Of a DNA stretch of 48,605 nt, positions 12,477 through 25,449 are shown in pieces. The DNA is from Octopus sinensis (taxonomy: Eukaryota). The stretch covers positions 1-48,605 of the forward strand of contig NW_021834644.1 in NCBI RefSeq assembly GCF_006345805.1. The letters run 5' to 3'. The notes under the pieces were generated by a model. That model made no database searches and was not told the origin of the DNA. It saw nothing but the letters and a program-made list of their open reading frames with translations. Position 1 is the stretch's first letter. Each line of letters starts with the position of its first letter. Both the position numbers and the translations under genes were made by a program.

Positions 12477-12707
12477 CTATTTCTTTATTAACCACAAGGG
12501 GCTAAACATAGAGGGGACAAACAAGGACAGACATAGGTATTAAGTCGATTACATCGACCCCAGTGCGTAACTGGTACTTACTATATCGACCCCGAAAGGA
12601 TGAAAGGCAAAGTCGACCTCGGCGGAATTTGAACTCAGAACGTAGCGGCAGACGAAATACCGCTAAGCATTTCGCCCGGCATGCTAACGTTTCTGCCAGC
12701 ACGCCGC
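12477..12707 (-). mobile_element. SINE family A, monomer
   Basis: Reverse complement of the 2302 head plus one unit. Confidence 0.9.
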
Positions 12708-12769
12708 ATCACCTCCACCACTTCAGATGTAACTGTGATAGAATTTCTTGTTTCCTTATCTTTAATCTT

Positions 12770-12961
12770 TTTCAATTCGTTTCAGTTATTGGACTGAGGC
12801 CATACTGGGGCATCACTTTGAAGCGTTTTGGTTTGAACAAATTGATTCCAGTAGTACCTATTCTGCCGGTCTCATTTGCCGAACCAAGACGTTACGGGGA
12901 CGTCTACAAACAAACACCGGCTGTCAAGCGGCGATCGAAGACAAACACACGCACACATGCA

Positions 12962-13011
<50 letters not shown>

Positions 13012-13096
13012 TTTACGACCTGCTTTCACACATTTTCTGTCTGCCAAATCCATTCACCTGGCAATTGTCGGCCCGAGGCGATAGTAGAAAAACTTC

Positions 13097-13172
<76 letters not shown>

Positions 13173-13430
13173 CTTTATGTCTGGGTTTGTCCCCCGTCCA
13201 TCATCGCTTGACAACCGGTGTTAGTATGTTTACGTCTCTGCAACATGGCAGTTCGGCAAAAGATCTCCCTTGCTCATAAGTGACCATGGGATTGCATCTA
13301 GAATTTTCCCTCTGAAGCACAATTCCAGGCCACACCATCTCCACGCCACCGATGCTATTCAAGGGAAAGGCAAAGGCCGATACAGCTTGGCACCAGTGTT
13401 GTCACAATAAAGTGCCTTACTCAAGAACAC
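12770..13430. mobile_element. Cluster of SINE fragments (family B on both strands, plus another CORE-like family at ~13262-13430, minus)
   Basis: GCCGAACC...CGGGGACGT and CTGCCAAATCCATTCAC (minus); GTCCCCCG...GCTTGACAACCGG (plus); CTTACTCAAGAACACA (minus, CORE-like). Confidence 0.65.
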
Positions 13431-13457
13431 AATATATAAATATATATAATTATAATT

Positions 13458-13706
13458 ATAATTAGGGCAACTCCTGAGTAGTGCTACATGCATGAGGACG
13501 CCAAATGGTTCTAAAACTACCTTATTTATCATATGATAAATAAGATAGTTTTAGAACCATTTGGCGTCTTGTAGCATTTGGCGCTACCCAATAGTTGCCC
13601 TTATAACTACGTTTATAAAAAATTAAATACTTTTTATTGATTTTTTTTTTACCTAAATGGTCTTTTACATGCAAGCAACTTGATAAAATTACCTTGATTA
13701 TAATGA
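13458..13706. repeat. Zero-loop palindrome (36-bp core arms, imperfect outer arms) plus one-sided tail, between (TA)n
   Basis: GACGCCAAATGGTTCTAAAACTACCTTATTTATCAT|ATGATAAATAAGATAGTTTTAGAACCATTTGGCGTC (13497-13568), with outer AGGGCAACT/AGTTGCCCT. Confidence 0.8.
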
Positions 13707-13707
13707 T

Positions 13708-13755
<48 letters not shown>

Positions 13756-13756
<1 letters not shown>

Positions 13757-13976
13757 TTTATTTAAATCAGCAGAAAATTCAACAAAACCTGTTACTCTCT
13801 GAGTTTCATGTTCCCGTTCGTCGGACTGTTTTTGCTACTGTCCGACGAACGGGAACGTGAAACTCAGAGTAACAGGTTTTGTTGAATTTTCTGCTGCTTT
13901 AAATAAGCATATTACTCTACCACTGGTATTTGAGTACTCTTTTTCCACTTGTTTCACATTTATATGTTTACTCCGG
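13756..13976. mobile_element. PLE-derived palindromic terminus (family 1) with HHR motifs on both arms
   Basis: Arms and tail (GCATATTACTCTACCACTGGTATTTGAGTACTC...TTACTCCGG) match the ends of the GIY-YIG-bearing element at 40809-43503. (TA)n on both sides. Confidence 0.85.
13838..13875 (+). ncRNA. Minimal type I hammerhead ribozyme motif, variant core CCGACGA
   Basis: CTGT-CCGACGA-ACG.GGAA.CGT-GAAA-CTC.A.GAG-TA-ACAG. All three stems pair; the core has U4>C relative to CUGANGA. Confidence 0.65.
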
Positions 13977-13989
13977 TATATATATATAT

Positions 13990-14872
13990 CAGTAATAAAA
14001 TAGGGTAAAACTAATTAATTTGGAATAATCATTAATTTCACCAAGTAGATTTCGGCATGTAAAAGCCTCGTTCGAGGAAAGTTTACTAATTACTAGTAAT
14101 TAAGGGTTTAGCAACGATTTGCCTTACCACACACCCCGAATTTAGAAATAGCAGTCAAGAGTTATAGCTATTCTTTCTACTAAAAGGGAGATCTCAGTAA
14201 AACCACAGCACTTGAAAGGTAAACACAACAGGCAAGAGAAAAGAAATGACAGCAATCTATCATACAATTTTAAGTCACCTACGGACGTACGTTTCGAGAT
14301 TAAGTTTTAGGAAAGCATAAGAATTAGATGCCGAAATCTACTTGGTGAAATAAATGATTATTCCAAATTAATTAGTTTTACCCTATTTTATTACTGATAA
14401 CCATGTTTCATCCCAGTAAATGACCGCAACATCTTGTCTTGGCTACACGCAGGTGGGAAGGGGTTGCTGACACAAACTTTCATTCACACACTTTGAATTT
14501 ATTGATACTGGTAACGGTTTTAGCTCGCTCTGATACTGAGTTGAGATGATGCCTTCTAGTATCTCGAAATTTAATATACAATTATTCATAATTGTAGTGT
14601 CCTACGCTGATGAGAGAAGAAGTTGGGTAAGACATAATTATCTAATTCTTATGCTTTCCTAAAACTTAATCTCGAAACGTACGTCCGTAGGTGACTTAAA
14701 ATTGTATGATAGAATTGCTGTCATTTCTTTCTCTCTGGCCTGTTTGTGTTTACCTTTCAAGTGGTGTGGTTTTACTGAGATCTCCCTTTTAGTAGAAAGA
14801 ATAGCTATAACTCTTTGACTGCTATTTCTAAATTCGGTGTGTGGTGAGGCAAATCGTTGCTAAACCCTTAAT

Positions 14873-14877
<5 letters not shown>
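13990..14877. mobile_element. Nested inverted-repeat element (PLE-like family 2) between (TA)n tracts
   Basis: 14094-14329 is inverted at 14640-14877, and 13990-14057 is inverted at 14329-14396. Contains the HHR at 14601-14691. Confidence 0.8.
14601..14691 (+). ncRNA. Type I hammerhead ribozyme with extended stem II, GUC cleavage site
   Basis: CCTACG-CTGATGA-GAGA...TCTC-GAAA-CGTACG-TC-CGTAGG: 6-bp stem I, canonical core, palindromic stem III, predicted cleavage after 14685. Confidence 0.85.
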
Positions 14878-14945
<68 letters not shown>

Positions 14946-15014
14946 CTACATATATACATACATACATACATACATACATACATACATACATACATACATA
15001 CATACATACATACA

Positions 15015-15191
15015 TACTCTTTTACTCTTTTATTGTTTTACTTGTTTCAGTCATTTGACTGCGGCCATGCTGGAACACCGCCTTTAGTCGAGCAAATCGA
15101 CCTCTTGACTTATTCTTTATAAGCCTAGTACTTATTCTACCGGTCTCTTTTGCCGAACCGCTAAGTTACGGGGACGTAAACGCACACCAGC
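15015..15191 (-). mobile_element. SINE family B, 3' half
   Basis: TTTTACTTGTTTCAGTCATTTGACTGCGGCCATGCTGG...GCCGAACCGCTAAGTTACGGGGACG. Confidence 0.85.
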
Positions 15192-15584
15192 AATTGACAC
15201 GACGCTCGCTCACACAATCTCGGACCAGATAATTTAGTAACACGCCATCATAAGCACACATGCTCAATCTGTAACTTTGGTGTGGTCCCTGTATCGTTTT
15301 CCGAGGTGTTTTGGCTAATTTTCTAATATTCCTCGTTACAATCTTAACGATAATGGGTAATTATCTTACTATCTTGTCTTACTTACCTCGGTATATTAAA
15401 ACACAAACAATACCTTTATGGGGTCTCTGTATGATTTTTTCCAGGTATTATGGCTAAAATATGCAATGCGATACACCGTTTCGTAGTACCGGTATATTCT
15501 ACAAAATGAGAAAGACGCAGTCATTGTTTCATCTTTCAGATACATACATAAATAAATAATTTTACATAGGTAGAATGATTAGAG

Positions 15585-16012
15585 GAGGTCTTCACGCTAA
15601 TTTTAAGACCAAAACCAGCTTCCTAGCTTCATTCCTTGTTGAGATATCGCATTCTGAAAGTCGCGAAATTTTGATTGCGTTTTTCTTGATTTTTAAGTTG
15701 AGGCGCCTACGGAGGTCAGTTACTAAATGCCTTATATATCCCTTGGTTACATGGCGTTTGGGGAGGTCAAAGTTAGACAAACTGAATGCTTTCACTGTAA
15801 CTGTTTCTACCATTTACCACCATTTCTTCTTTGATGATTGTGTTCGGGTTGCTGGAACTAGAGTTGGCCATCTACGAGCAGGAGATCCTCAAATTACCTT
15901 AGTACATGCTGACTTTTAAAATGTCATGTACCCACTATCGTGAATGCATAATAAATTTCATAAAAACGCCAGAACATAACGGGTTGCGTTCTGGATATCT
16001 TTTTATAAAAAT
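15585..16012 (-). mobile_element. Dispersed repeat, probably non-autonomous DNA transposon (related end at ~17290-17400, plus)
   Basis: AAAAGATATCCAGAACGCAACCCGTTATGTTCTGGCGT...AAAAGTCAGCAT (minus) is matched by AAAAGATACCCAGAAGGCAATCCGTTATGTTCTGGCGT...AAAAGTCAGCAT at ~17290. Confidence 0.5.
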
Positions 16013-16210
16013 TTAAACGGAAAAAATGGGCATTCATTTTCATTGAATGTGTGAAAGATCACCATATTGTGATATGATACGTAGAGGGCAGGCTTCAGAC
16101 AGGTACTAAAACAAATGTACGGCTGCTTGGACATCCTCAACAATATGTGAACATCAGTGCTATCCGGTATCGCTTCTATGAGAATGGATGAGCAAACAAG
16201 CATCCTCTAT

Positions 16211-16487
16211 AACTCTTTCACTTGTTTCAGTCATTTGACTGAGGGCATGCTAGAGCACCGCCTTTTAGTCGAGCAAAATCGACCCCAGGACTTATTCTTT
16301 GTAAGCCTAGTACTTAGCATGTTACGGGGACGTAAAAAACACCAGCATCGGTTGTCAAGCGATGTTGGGGGTGGGGAGACAAGCAGACACAGAAACATAT
16401 ATGCCCAAGGTGGCACGCAGTGGGATTGAACCCGGAACCATGTGGTTGGTAAGCAACCTTCTTACTACACAGCCACTACTGCGCTTA
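16211..16487 (-). mobile_element. SINE family B with internal deletion
   Basis: Tail and head present; the segment between the central repeat and CCCAAGGTGGCACGCAGTGGGA is missing. Confidence 0.8.
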
Positions 16488-17939
16488 TAAATTGAAGTTC
16501 TAATTGAAAGACATCAGTTTGCTAGATTATTGTGGGTACAACCCAGAATGAACTGGCGTTAGGCAGTAACCTGGATGATTGGTAGTCATATTATAAAACG
16601 GTGTCTAAGTGACAGAGATAAGTTCTAAGGAAAAGTCTAAATGTAGTAATTGGTGCAAGATTGAATAAAATCAACCAATCTCGGGCCAATCCCCTTCGAG
16701 AATATATTTGTTTGATCGTGGATACTACTTAAGTGTTCAGGGAAACATCGAACCAAATAGTGTAGCAGCATGTTCTGCCTTCCGTTGCACTTCATTTAGA
16801 CTTCAATGCCATTAGGATAAAACAAGATTGAGTGCATATCCAGAGAACTACTCAAAAGTTCCGACAGCAGAGAAACGCTGAAGTCCTGAACGACAATCAC
16901 TCCAGTTCTGAGATTACTCTGTCAATTCTTACGATTCACACTCTAGGAACTTCATCGTTCAATGAAGCAAGTATGGTAATTATCCTCAGGTCCAGAATAA
17001 ACTGTCTGATTTTATCCATATACAAAAGCTGAAATGTAAATACTGAAGTTTGCTAGGTACCAAGTCACAAGATCATGTGCCAAGTAAGTTTTTTTAAATT
17101 GTTACAAACTCATATATATATATATATATATATATAATGTCTTTGTTTTATTGTGTCTGGGGAGTGTCATTTTCTTTTTGTGCCTTATAATTTAACACAC
17201 TCACCTGTAAAATTTCCACTTATTTCTTATTTGTTTATCGCACATTCAATGAAATCGATTACCCAAATTTTTGGTTGAAGTTTCCATAAAAAGATACCCA
17301 GAAGGCAATCCGTTATGTTCTGGCGTGGTTTTTTTTTTAATTTATTGAAATTTATCATGCATCCACGATAGTAGATACATTTAAAAGTCAGCATATACGT
17401 TTTCAAGAGCATTTCTCCACGCTCTAACTAATTCAATCTTTGACCAAATTAAAGATGGTTAAAGTTCACAGAAAAGGATTAGCGTTTCACAATACTTTGA
17501 GATTTTAAAGAAGTAAATTTGTTTTGGAAAAGACAAGTTACAATAAAATTTGTGTTCAAAAATGGTAAGACTAATGCATAGATGCAACTTCTAAGTTGTA
17601 TAGTTTTCTGAGTTCTTCAGTATTATTATTTTAATTTTAATTACATTCCAATAAGAGGAATCTATTTTTGTATATCTCGTCAAAATTGGTGCAGTGGAAA
17701 AAAATCTTATGAAACAAAACGTGGCCAAAGCGGAAAGGAGGTAAGCAACGATATTGTTTTTAAATCAAAATGTCTCTGTTATTTTTAAAAGACAACTTAG
17801 TTTAGTTCAACTTTTTTAAGAAAAAAAAATGGATCTAAGTTACAGGAATTTAACGCTGAAAACTACATCAAATTTGGTGCAATAGAGAAAAATAACGAGG
17901 CAAAAGTGACCGAAATTGAGAGTGACCACTTGGGTACAA

Positions 17940-17973
17940 GCTTGTGTGTCCGTGTGTGTGCGTGTGTGTTTGT

Positions 17974-18057
<84 letters not shown>

Positions 18058-18062
18058 GTGTG
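17940..18062. repeat. (TG)n microsatellite
   Basis: Direct reading. Confidence 0.95.
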
Positions 18063-18175
18063 TTGCAGTTGATTTTCCGATTAAACCAAAGAAAATATGC
18101 TGGCATTGGTTTTATTTTTCAGACTGCTGGTACTAGAATGGCTTCTGCTTTTATCTATCACGAAGGATGAAAGAT

Positions 18176-18269
<94 letters not shown>

Positions 18270-20249
18270 CTAGTAGTATACTCGTCATTGATCAGGTAAT
18301 TACTTTTACTCTTTCTCGGGAGCCACATTCAAAGTGTTATATATATATAGAGATTTACTCCACCTGTGTGTCTTTATACGAAAAACCATGTTATAATTGA
18401 AATAGAAAAAAGATCAATTTCATACACGAACTTCTGTTTGTTTTATTATATGACAATAATAAGTGAGTTGTATGTGTTATTTTATATATCAATACAGTAA
18501 TGGTAATTATATAATACACAAGGCTTTCGTCGGCATGAAGCTGTAATGATAGAGAATTGCACAATGTGCCGCAGTGGGACTGAACCCAAGGTGACATGGT
18601 TGGAAAGCAAGCTTCTCAACCACAAAGCCATGCCTATAAAGGAGAGATACATTTTGGATAATATACTCTTTGATACAACATGCTTAACAAAAAGATGGAA
18701 TGTTTACGGCGAGAAGACCTTTGATTTTAATATTTACTCAAGCAACGCAACAACTAACAACACTATACCGTACAGGGTGTTCCAGGATTAACTATCTGTT
18801 TCTATGAAATTGAGCAAATTTTGTTTAAAAAACTGACAAATTTATGCTTCTCACCAAAACAAATAGATTTATAAATCTTACTTCAAACTTTTATTGAAAA
18901 TTTTCAACATGTTTGTATCCCTGCATACTTTGTCGTTATTAATTTTTTATTTTATTTTGTTATTAAGAGCTTATACAATCCATTTAGAGAGAAACATTTA
19001 TAAATCATCATCCATGTTAAGTTAGTTTCGTCCAAATACCTCACTAGGCATAATTATGTGTATGCTAAGCATAACAATTACTCAAAGGGTGGGGCCACTA
19101 GGCATAACAATTCCTTAAAAATGGGGCGCTACAAAAAAAAGTGGGGTGGGGTCAAGAACCACTGCTTTAATACGTACGAGAAAAAAATGCATACACTAGG
19201 CATCTTTTTTTCTCCCTGTGTTAACGGCTGAAGTTCGGGGTGCGATAAGATGACTCTCTAAAGAGGAAGAGGCGATTGAAATGTCGGGTTACAGGTCTAG
19301 AGGGAGTGTTTGGGTATGGTTCCGAACTTCCAGAAGTTGTTCCTCGAAGCAGTCACCTAGATAATAGTAAGTTTCACAATTTTGTGACCGACAATAATAG
19401 AATAAGATTTTTAGGCAAGGTTCCAAATACTAGAACTGTGACGTTTTCATTCAGATTCGGGATGCTTTCCTGTACCAGAGCACAAATCTAGTTAGAAAGA
19501 ACATAACGGGGTCAGTTATGAACAAATAAGAAGTGGTTATTATCTATTAAGTACACTAGTGATTAAGGTTGGGGAGTAAAAGAAGTGATTGGAAAACTAG
19601 AAATAGGTCTGAAACGGTGGCAACATCACCGAAAAGCTGGTTGCAAGAACATCTGGGATTAATTTCGAGGCTATCTACAAGGGCTGCGTTATCTGATATA
19701 AAGCACGTAATTTGAGATTCGAAAGAAGGTTCACGAAAGTATGATGTTAAATATTATCACGTAGGTCATAGAATGAAAGATATGAAATGCAGGTGGTTAA
19801 GTCAGGTTTTGGCTGCATATAATGAGGCCTAACACTCCTGAACAATTAACAGAACTTTATTCACAGCACAAAATATTTTTAATGTTGGTCTTGAATAAAA
19901 AAAAAATACAACTAAGTTTATACACTGGGAAGGGCAATTCTGTAGTTATTACAAAATACTTTGTTATATAGACTCTTAGTTAATAAGCTGTCACGACAGG
20001 AGAAAAATTCACGCTGAACAGCTAAACTGTAACTCCTGTCTTTGTTAGAACGATTATTAAATGCAGCTACGTGAGAATATAGTTTGCGTTGCAGCAATTG
20101 TCCACAATATGAAATTTGGCACATTTATTAAACTCGTTAGGAGAAATTCTAGAAGATTCTAGAAAGTTGCATCACATGGTGTCTCGATGCTGATTGATTA
20201 CTTAATCGGCTGGTCACATGAAATGGCTGTTGCTAAGCCGCAGCTTTTT

Positions 20250-20460
20250 CTTGGTAATTTGGCGATTCGGTTTCGAATTTGCTACAAAGGAAATTTCGTG
20301 CGTTGATACCAGTTGACAAAGATGCGACGTTGCAGCAAAGCCGTTATACGTTTTTTGTCGAAAGTCATTTGTTTGGTGTCCGATCCCCAACAGATAGCAA
20401 TAGTTTTGGACTGCATTTCGCCGACAATTTAGAGGTCACGTGGAATTAGTGAGGGTAGAC
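20250..20460 (+). mobile_element. Heavily decayed mariner transposase 5' remnant
   Basis: TKMRRCSKAVIRFLSK...VSDPQQI resembles the mariner N-terminus (QRAVI.FL...G....I). Confidence 0.35.
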
Positions 20461-21254
20461 TTCACGGCATATCTCGACAATTTATCCTAGCCTTTGGTTG
20501 AAAACATGAAAATCAGTTGCAATGGTTACGATGTAGATAGCGCTAGACGACTGTGAAATCAGTCTGTCTGGGTACCGAATGCATTGCTCACAGGTTATTC
20601 CACGTCCATTTTATTTTTTAAAAAGTCATTCGTAGGAAGATTTTCGTACTAAGAAAAACACAGACTGACTGACAAAAATCGTAATAAAATGAATGTTTAT
20701 TTATACTATTGGATTATTTAATAAAAAAAAAAACGAAAAATATGTTTGTTTTCAGATAGTATCCAACAGGTGACAGTGAGAAAAGTTACTGAAACCCAAT
20801 TTCATGAAATAATAATGTAAATTATAGAGAAAACAGAATCTAATGCGCCAGATGATTGGTTATTTGATTATAATGCTGCAATGGCACCCAACCGAATCCC
20901 CCCTCTCTCCCCCCCCCCCAAAAAAAACTTGCTTTTTTTCTTTTATCTATTTAGTGATTAAATTAGAATGAATATTGGAAACGTTTCAAATAAACTGAAA
21001 TTAAAATAATTTCTTTAAATAAAATGAGCTGGTTGATATAAGAATTAATATTATTACAGCTTATATTTTACAGGATTTTTTGGGTTTTTTTTTTGTTTGT
21101 TTTATGTGCGGCACAATCTTCTAATATTTTGTGTACGAACATTTGTAGACGACGGAGGAAAAAAGTTAATATATTTCTAGATACTCAAAATCAACATCAC
21201 ATATATATAATAATTACACACAAACGCCTTTTTCTACGAATATAGAATATACCA

Positions 21255-21670
21255 TTAATGATGGATTTCCAACAACTTAAAAGGGTCTGAAAAAAGACAT
21301 TTCATCACAAAGAGAAAGTTTTTATTCGTGATGAATAAAAGGGGATTGCATATGAAACTTACCGCGCTTATATTGTTACGCTAAAGTGATGCAAAATGAG
21401 AAGACATTTTAATAATGTTCCGAAAACATTGGCAACGTAGTTTCCTTCAGATACCGGAAATGAGGAAACAAAAACAAAGAATTAAAATTCCAGGTTTGGG
21501 AAAGCAACAGTCATTTTTTTAAAGCGTCAGTTTCTAAATCTCTGCCTGATACTGACATGTCGTTTCAAGTATCATATAATATTGTGAAACGTAAAAACGA
21601 TCTGAAGATGATGAAATAATGAAGGAAGCTTTTCTGGAATCTAGTGAATTGCTGCTATATGGAATTTTTT
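21255..21670 (+). mobile_element. hAT (GTF2IRD2/SPIN-like) transposase N-terminal remnant
   Basis: Frameshifted motifs RHF; FPSD..MRKQK..ELKF..GKQQSFF; SFQVSYNIVKRK..EDDEIMKEAFLESSELL. Confidence 0.6.
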
Positions 21671-22318
21671 AAAATCAAAACATTTAACAAATGCGGTGAG
21701 TTTTATTTATTAAGGAATTTGGGAATTAGATAGATTGAAACATTATACGATGACAAATTTTCAAAAGCATGATCAACAGATATTTCAATCGTGAATTTCA
21801 GAAAGTCCTGCGAGTTACAGTTTACCCATGACAATAATCAAGCCGTATTGTTGCTGTTGTTGCAATGGTGGTGGTGATTGCGATTATGGTAGTGGTGATG
21901 GTGGCAGCAGCGGCTGAGGTGGCTGAGGTGGCGACGGCGGCGGAGGTGACGGCGTTGGAGGTGATGATGGTGGTACTGGTGTTGTTGGAATTGGTGGTGG
22001 TGGTGGTGGTGGTGGTGGTGGTGGCTAAGACATTTTCAGCAATGATCTTCCAGAATATCGTAAGTAAGGAGTGGGTGCGGTGAGGTGGGGGTGGAGGAGG
22101 AGGTCCGTCACGGACGATACTCTTATGGTACTCGAGTCTCAGAGAAATTTCTACCGATTAATAATAATAATAATGAATATATATATATATTATATATTCT
22201 TTTTATTCTTTTCTTTTCCTTGTTTCAGTCATTTGACTGCAGGCACGCTGGGTGTGTATATGTGTGAGTAGTTTATGTGTATACATGCATGTATTATGTA
22301 TGTATACATATATACATA

Positions 22319-22357
<39 letters not shown>

Positions 22358-22462
22358 TATATATATATATTATATATATATATAATATATATAATATATA
22401 TGTATGTATGTATGTATGTGAATTCATATGTATACACCAGACACAGACACACACACACACAC

Positions 22463-22673
22463 GTAAGCACATAAATGCAAAACAAGGTGGAAAAAAAATA
22501 GTACTTGAGTACTCGAATACCAAAGATAGAGGAATATGCTTTTATTAAAGCTGCAAAATTTTCACAGAACTGTTTCTCAGAATTTCACGTTCCCGTTCGT
22601 CACGTTCCCGATTAACGAGAACGTGAAACTTTGAGTAACAGTTTTGTGATAATTTTGCAGCTTTCATAAAAGT
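22463..22673. mobile_element. PLE family 1 palindromic terminus, opposite orientation, diverged
   Basis: GCTGCAAAATTTTCACAGAACTGTTTCTCAGAATTTCACGTTCCCGTTCGTC / GAGAACGTGAAACTTTGAGTAACAGTTTTGTGATAATTTTGCAGC. The tail (TTGAGTACTCGAATACC) is on the left; HHR halves are degenerate. Confidence 0.75.
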
Positions 22674-22714
22674 ATATATATATATATATATAGTGTTGTT
22701 CAAACGATGAATAG

Positions 22715-23309
22715 CTTTGCATAAACCATGTTTCTCTTGGAATAATTGAGGGTGGTACAAAATTTCCCAGGGCGAATCAATCAGTCACTTTTGAATGTCC
22801 TTTTGAAAAGCAAAACCTCCAACACTGGCAAATTGATGGAAACATCATTAGGGGAACTGCTAAAACTGAAAACTTTGAAGCAAATGTGCTTCCTAACATG
22901 TTCAGAATCATAAACATCACACTTCTTCAAAATATTGGGCAAACAATTGTTTGTGAAAGCACCTCTGGTGAGAAGACAAGATTTTATGCAAGACCATTAT
23001 TCAATGACAATGGGAATCTTAACCCAAGTTATGAAACACCAAATGCCATAAAGGATAAAAAATTCACATTGAAATGCAATGTTAGTGGTGGTACAATTTT
23101 GGTTTACTGGAAATGGAACAATTATTGCTAAATACAGTGGAGTAAATAACGAAATTTTCCTAAATATTTTGGTAGCCATCAGAAACTAGTTGCCAAGAGA
23201 AAATCTGCACATTGAGTATAACCAATGTCAGTTTAGCTGAAGACAACATGAGCATTATTTGCAGTACTGGTTACCATAGAAGCATGTTCAATATTACAGT
23301 ATTTGATTG

Positions 23310-23322
<13 letters not shown>
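22715..23322 (+). pseudogene. Intronless fragment encoding two tandem Ig-like domains, two frameshifts
   Basis: Frame 1 (22715-23131): QSVTFECPF..LQHWQIDG..FRIINIT..TIVCES (domain 1) then FTLKCNVSGG.ILVYWKW. Frame 2: TIIAKYSGVNNEIF. Frame 3 (23176-23322): CTLSITNVSLAEDNMSIICSTG..FNITV (strands E-G of domain 2). Cys-Trp-Cys spacing fits Ig domains. Confidence 0.75.
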
Positions 23323-23656
<334 letters not shown>

Positions 23657-24096
23657 CTAGGAAAACAAGACAATATTAACGGGTTGTTCTTTCCACCAAT
23701 GATATTACCAAGAACTGGGTTTTGGAATTCATTTGTGCTGCATTCCTGGCTAATAATGTCTATTAATCCCCGCTTCCAAACCTTCGTCAATCGCATTTAA
23801 GCCTTGTAAGCCCGTGAAGTAAGCCTTCTAAGCCAGTGAAATGTATTAAAGATTTCAACCGACAAGCATTGATTCTTTCCTGGTTAACATTAATTGTTTG
23901 AGAACAAATTGTTGAAGTAGAGTTTGCTTTTTATGAAATAATACAAACCACTCGTTTTAAAGTGTCCATACCTCAGATCACAACCTATCATCCCTTATAG
24001 GCGAGATTTGTTTACCATGTTTTGCAGATCGAGGGTGCCCGTAGATGCTCCTTTCATAGACATGTGATCATATAGTATTGTTTGTTATGTCTTTAA

Positions 24097-24427
24097 GTGG
24101 CACCCTGTTGGTTACGAAGTCGAGGGTTCCAGTTGATCCGATCAACAGAACAGCCTGCTCGTGAAATAAACGTGCAGGTGACTGAGCACTCCATGTAGAT
24201 ACGCGTGCCCTTAACGTAATTCTCTGGGAGATTCAACGTGACACAGAATGTGACAAGGCTGGCTCTTTTGAATTATAGGTACAACTCATTTATACAGGCT
24301 GAGTAGACTGGAGCAAGGTGAGAGTAAAGTCTGTTACTCAAGGACACAATGCACCCGCCAGGAATCGAACTCACGACCTTAGGACCATGAGTTGAATACC
24401 TTGACAACTAAGTCACGCGTCTTCACA
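24097..24427 (-). mobile_element. tRNA/CORE-like SINE (family D)
   Basis: Minus: TGTGAAGACGCGTGACTTAGTTG...GAGTTCGATTCC...TGTGTCCTTGAGTAAC...TTGCTCCAGTCTACTCAGC. Matches 28529-28850. Confidence 0.85.
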
Positions 24428-24582
24428 ATAGATAGATAGACAGACTGACAGACAGACAGATATAGATAGATAGAGACAGACAGACAGACAGACAGATAGA
24501 CGGACAGACAGACAGATAGATAGATATATATATATATAGATAGATAGATAGATAGATAGACAGACGGTCGGACGGACGGACG

Positions 24583-24628
<46 letters not shown>

Positions 24629-24641
24629 TAGACAGATAGAC

Positions 24642-24700
<59 letters not shown>
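24427..24700. repeat. (GATA)/(GACA)/(GACG) microsatellite between two family D SINEs
   Basis: Direct reading. Confidence 0.9.
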
Positions 24701-24965
24701 CTGTCTGTTGCGACGACGAGTGTTCCGATCAACGGAACAGCCTGCTTGTGAAATTAACGAGCACCGACACATGTACCCTTAACGTAATTCTCAGGGAGAT
24801 TCAGCGCGACACAGAATGTGACATGGCTGGCTTTTGAATTATAAGAACAACTCATTAATGCCAGCTGAGTGGACTGGAGCAATGTCAAAAAAAATCTGTT
24901 ACTCAAGGACACAACGCACCGCCAGGGATCGAACTCACTACCTTATGACCGTGAGCCGAATACCC
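24701..24965 (-). mobile_element. SINE family D, 5'-truncated
   Basis: Collinear with 24097-24427. Confidence 0.85.
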
Positions 24966-25022
24966 GTTGTTATGTCTAGTGTCTGTGGTAGTAACACCAC
25001 TAGGATGGTGGACGGTACTTAA

Positions 25023-25253
25023 GGCGGCGAGCTGGCAGAATCGTTAGCACGCGGGCGAAATTGCGTAGCCGTATTTCGTCTGTCGTTACGTTCTGAGTTC
25101 AAATTCCGCCGAGGTCGACTTTGCCTTTCATCCTTTCGGGGTCGATTAAATAAGTACCAGTTACGCACTGGGGTCGATATAATCGACTTAATCCGTTTGT
25201 CTGTCCTTGTTTGTCCCTTCTGTGTTTAGCCCATTGTGGGTAGTAAAGAAATA
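25023..25253 (+). mobile_element. SINE family A, monomer with TSD
   Basis: Full head plus one unit; GGTACTTAA at 25014-25022 and 25254-25262. Confidence 0.92.
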
Positions 25254-25380
25254 GGTACTTAAAAGGTTTAATGTCAGTTAACCATGCTGTAACAAGGTTT
25301 TTTTGAAGACCGGGGTTTAAAGACATGTTTTGGACATTGACCCATTAAATAACACCCATGGCGAGGCAGAGGAAATTTAA

Positions 25381-25382
25381 TG

Positions 25383-25449
<67 letters not shown>

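Noticed and set aside
14040-14085. HHR-like CTCGAACGA-GGC..GCC-GAAA on the minus strand
   Set aside because: The core does not match CUGANGA and there is no valid stem III/UH site.
15387-15498. Minus-strand exon candidate with strong acceptor (TTTCTCATTTTGTAG) and donor (GAG|GTAAGT)
   Set aside because: All three frames contain stops across the 112 bp. It can only be a UTR or non-coding exon, and nothing else supports it.
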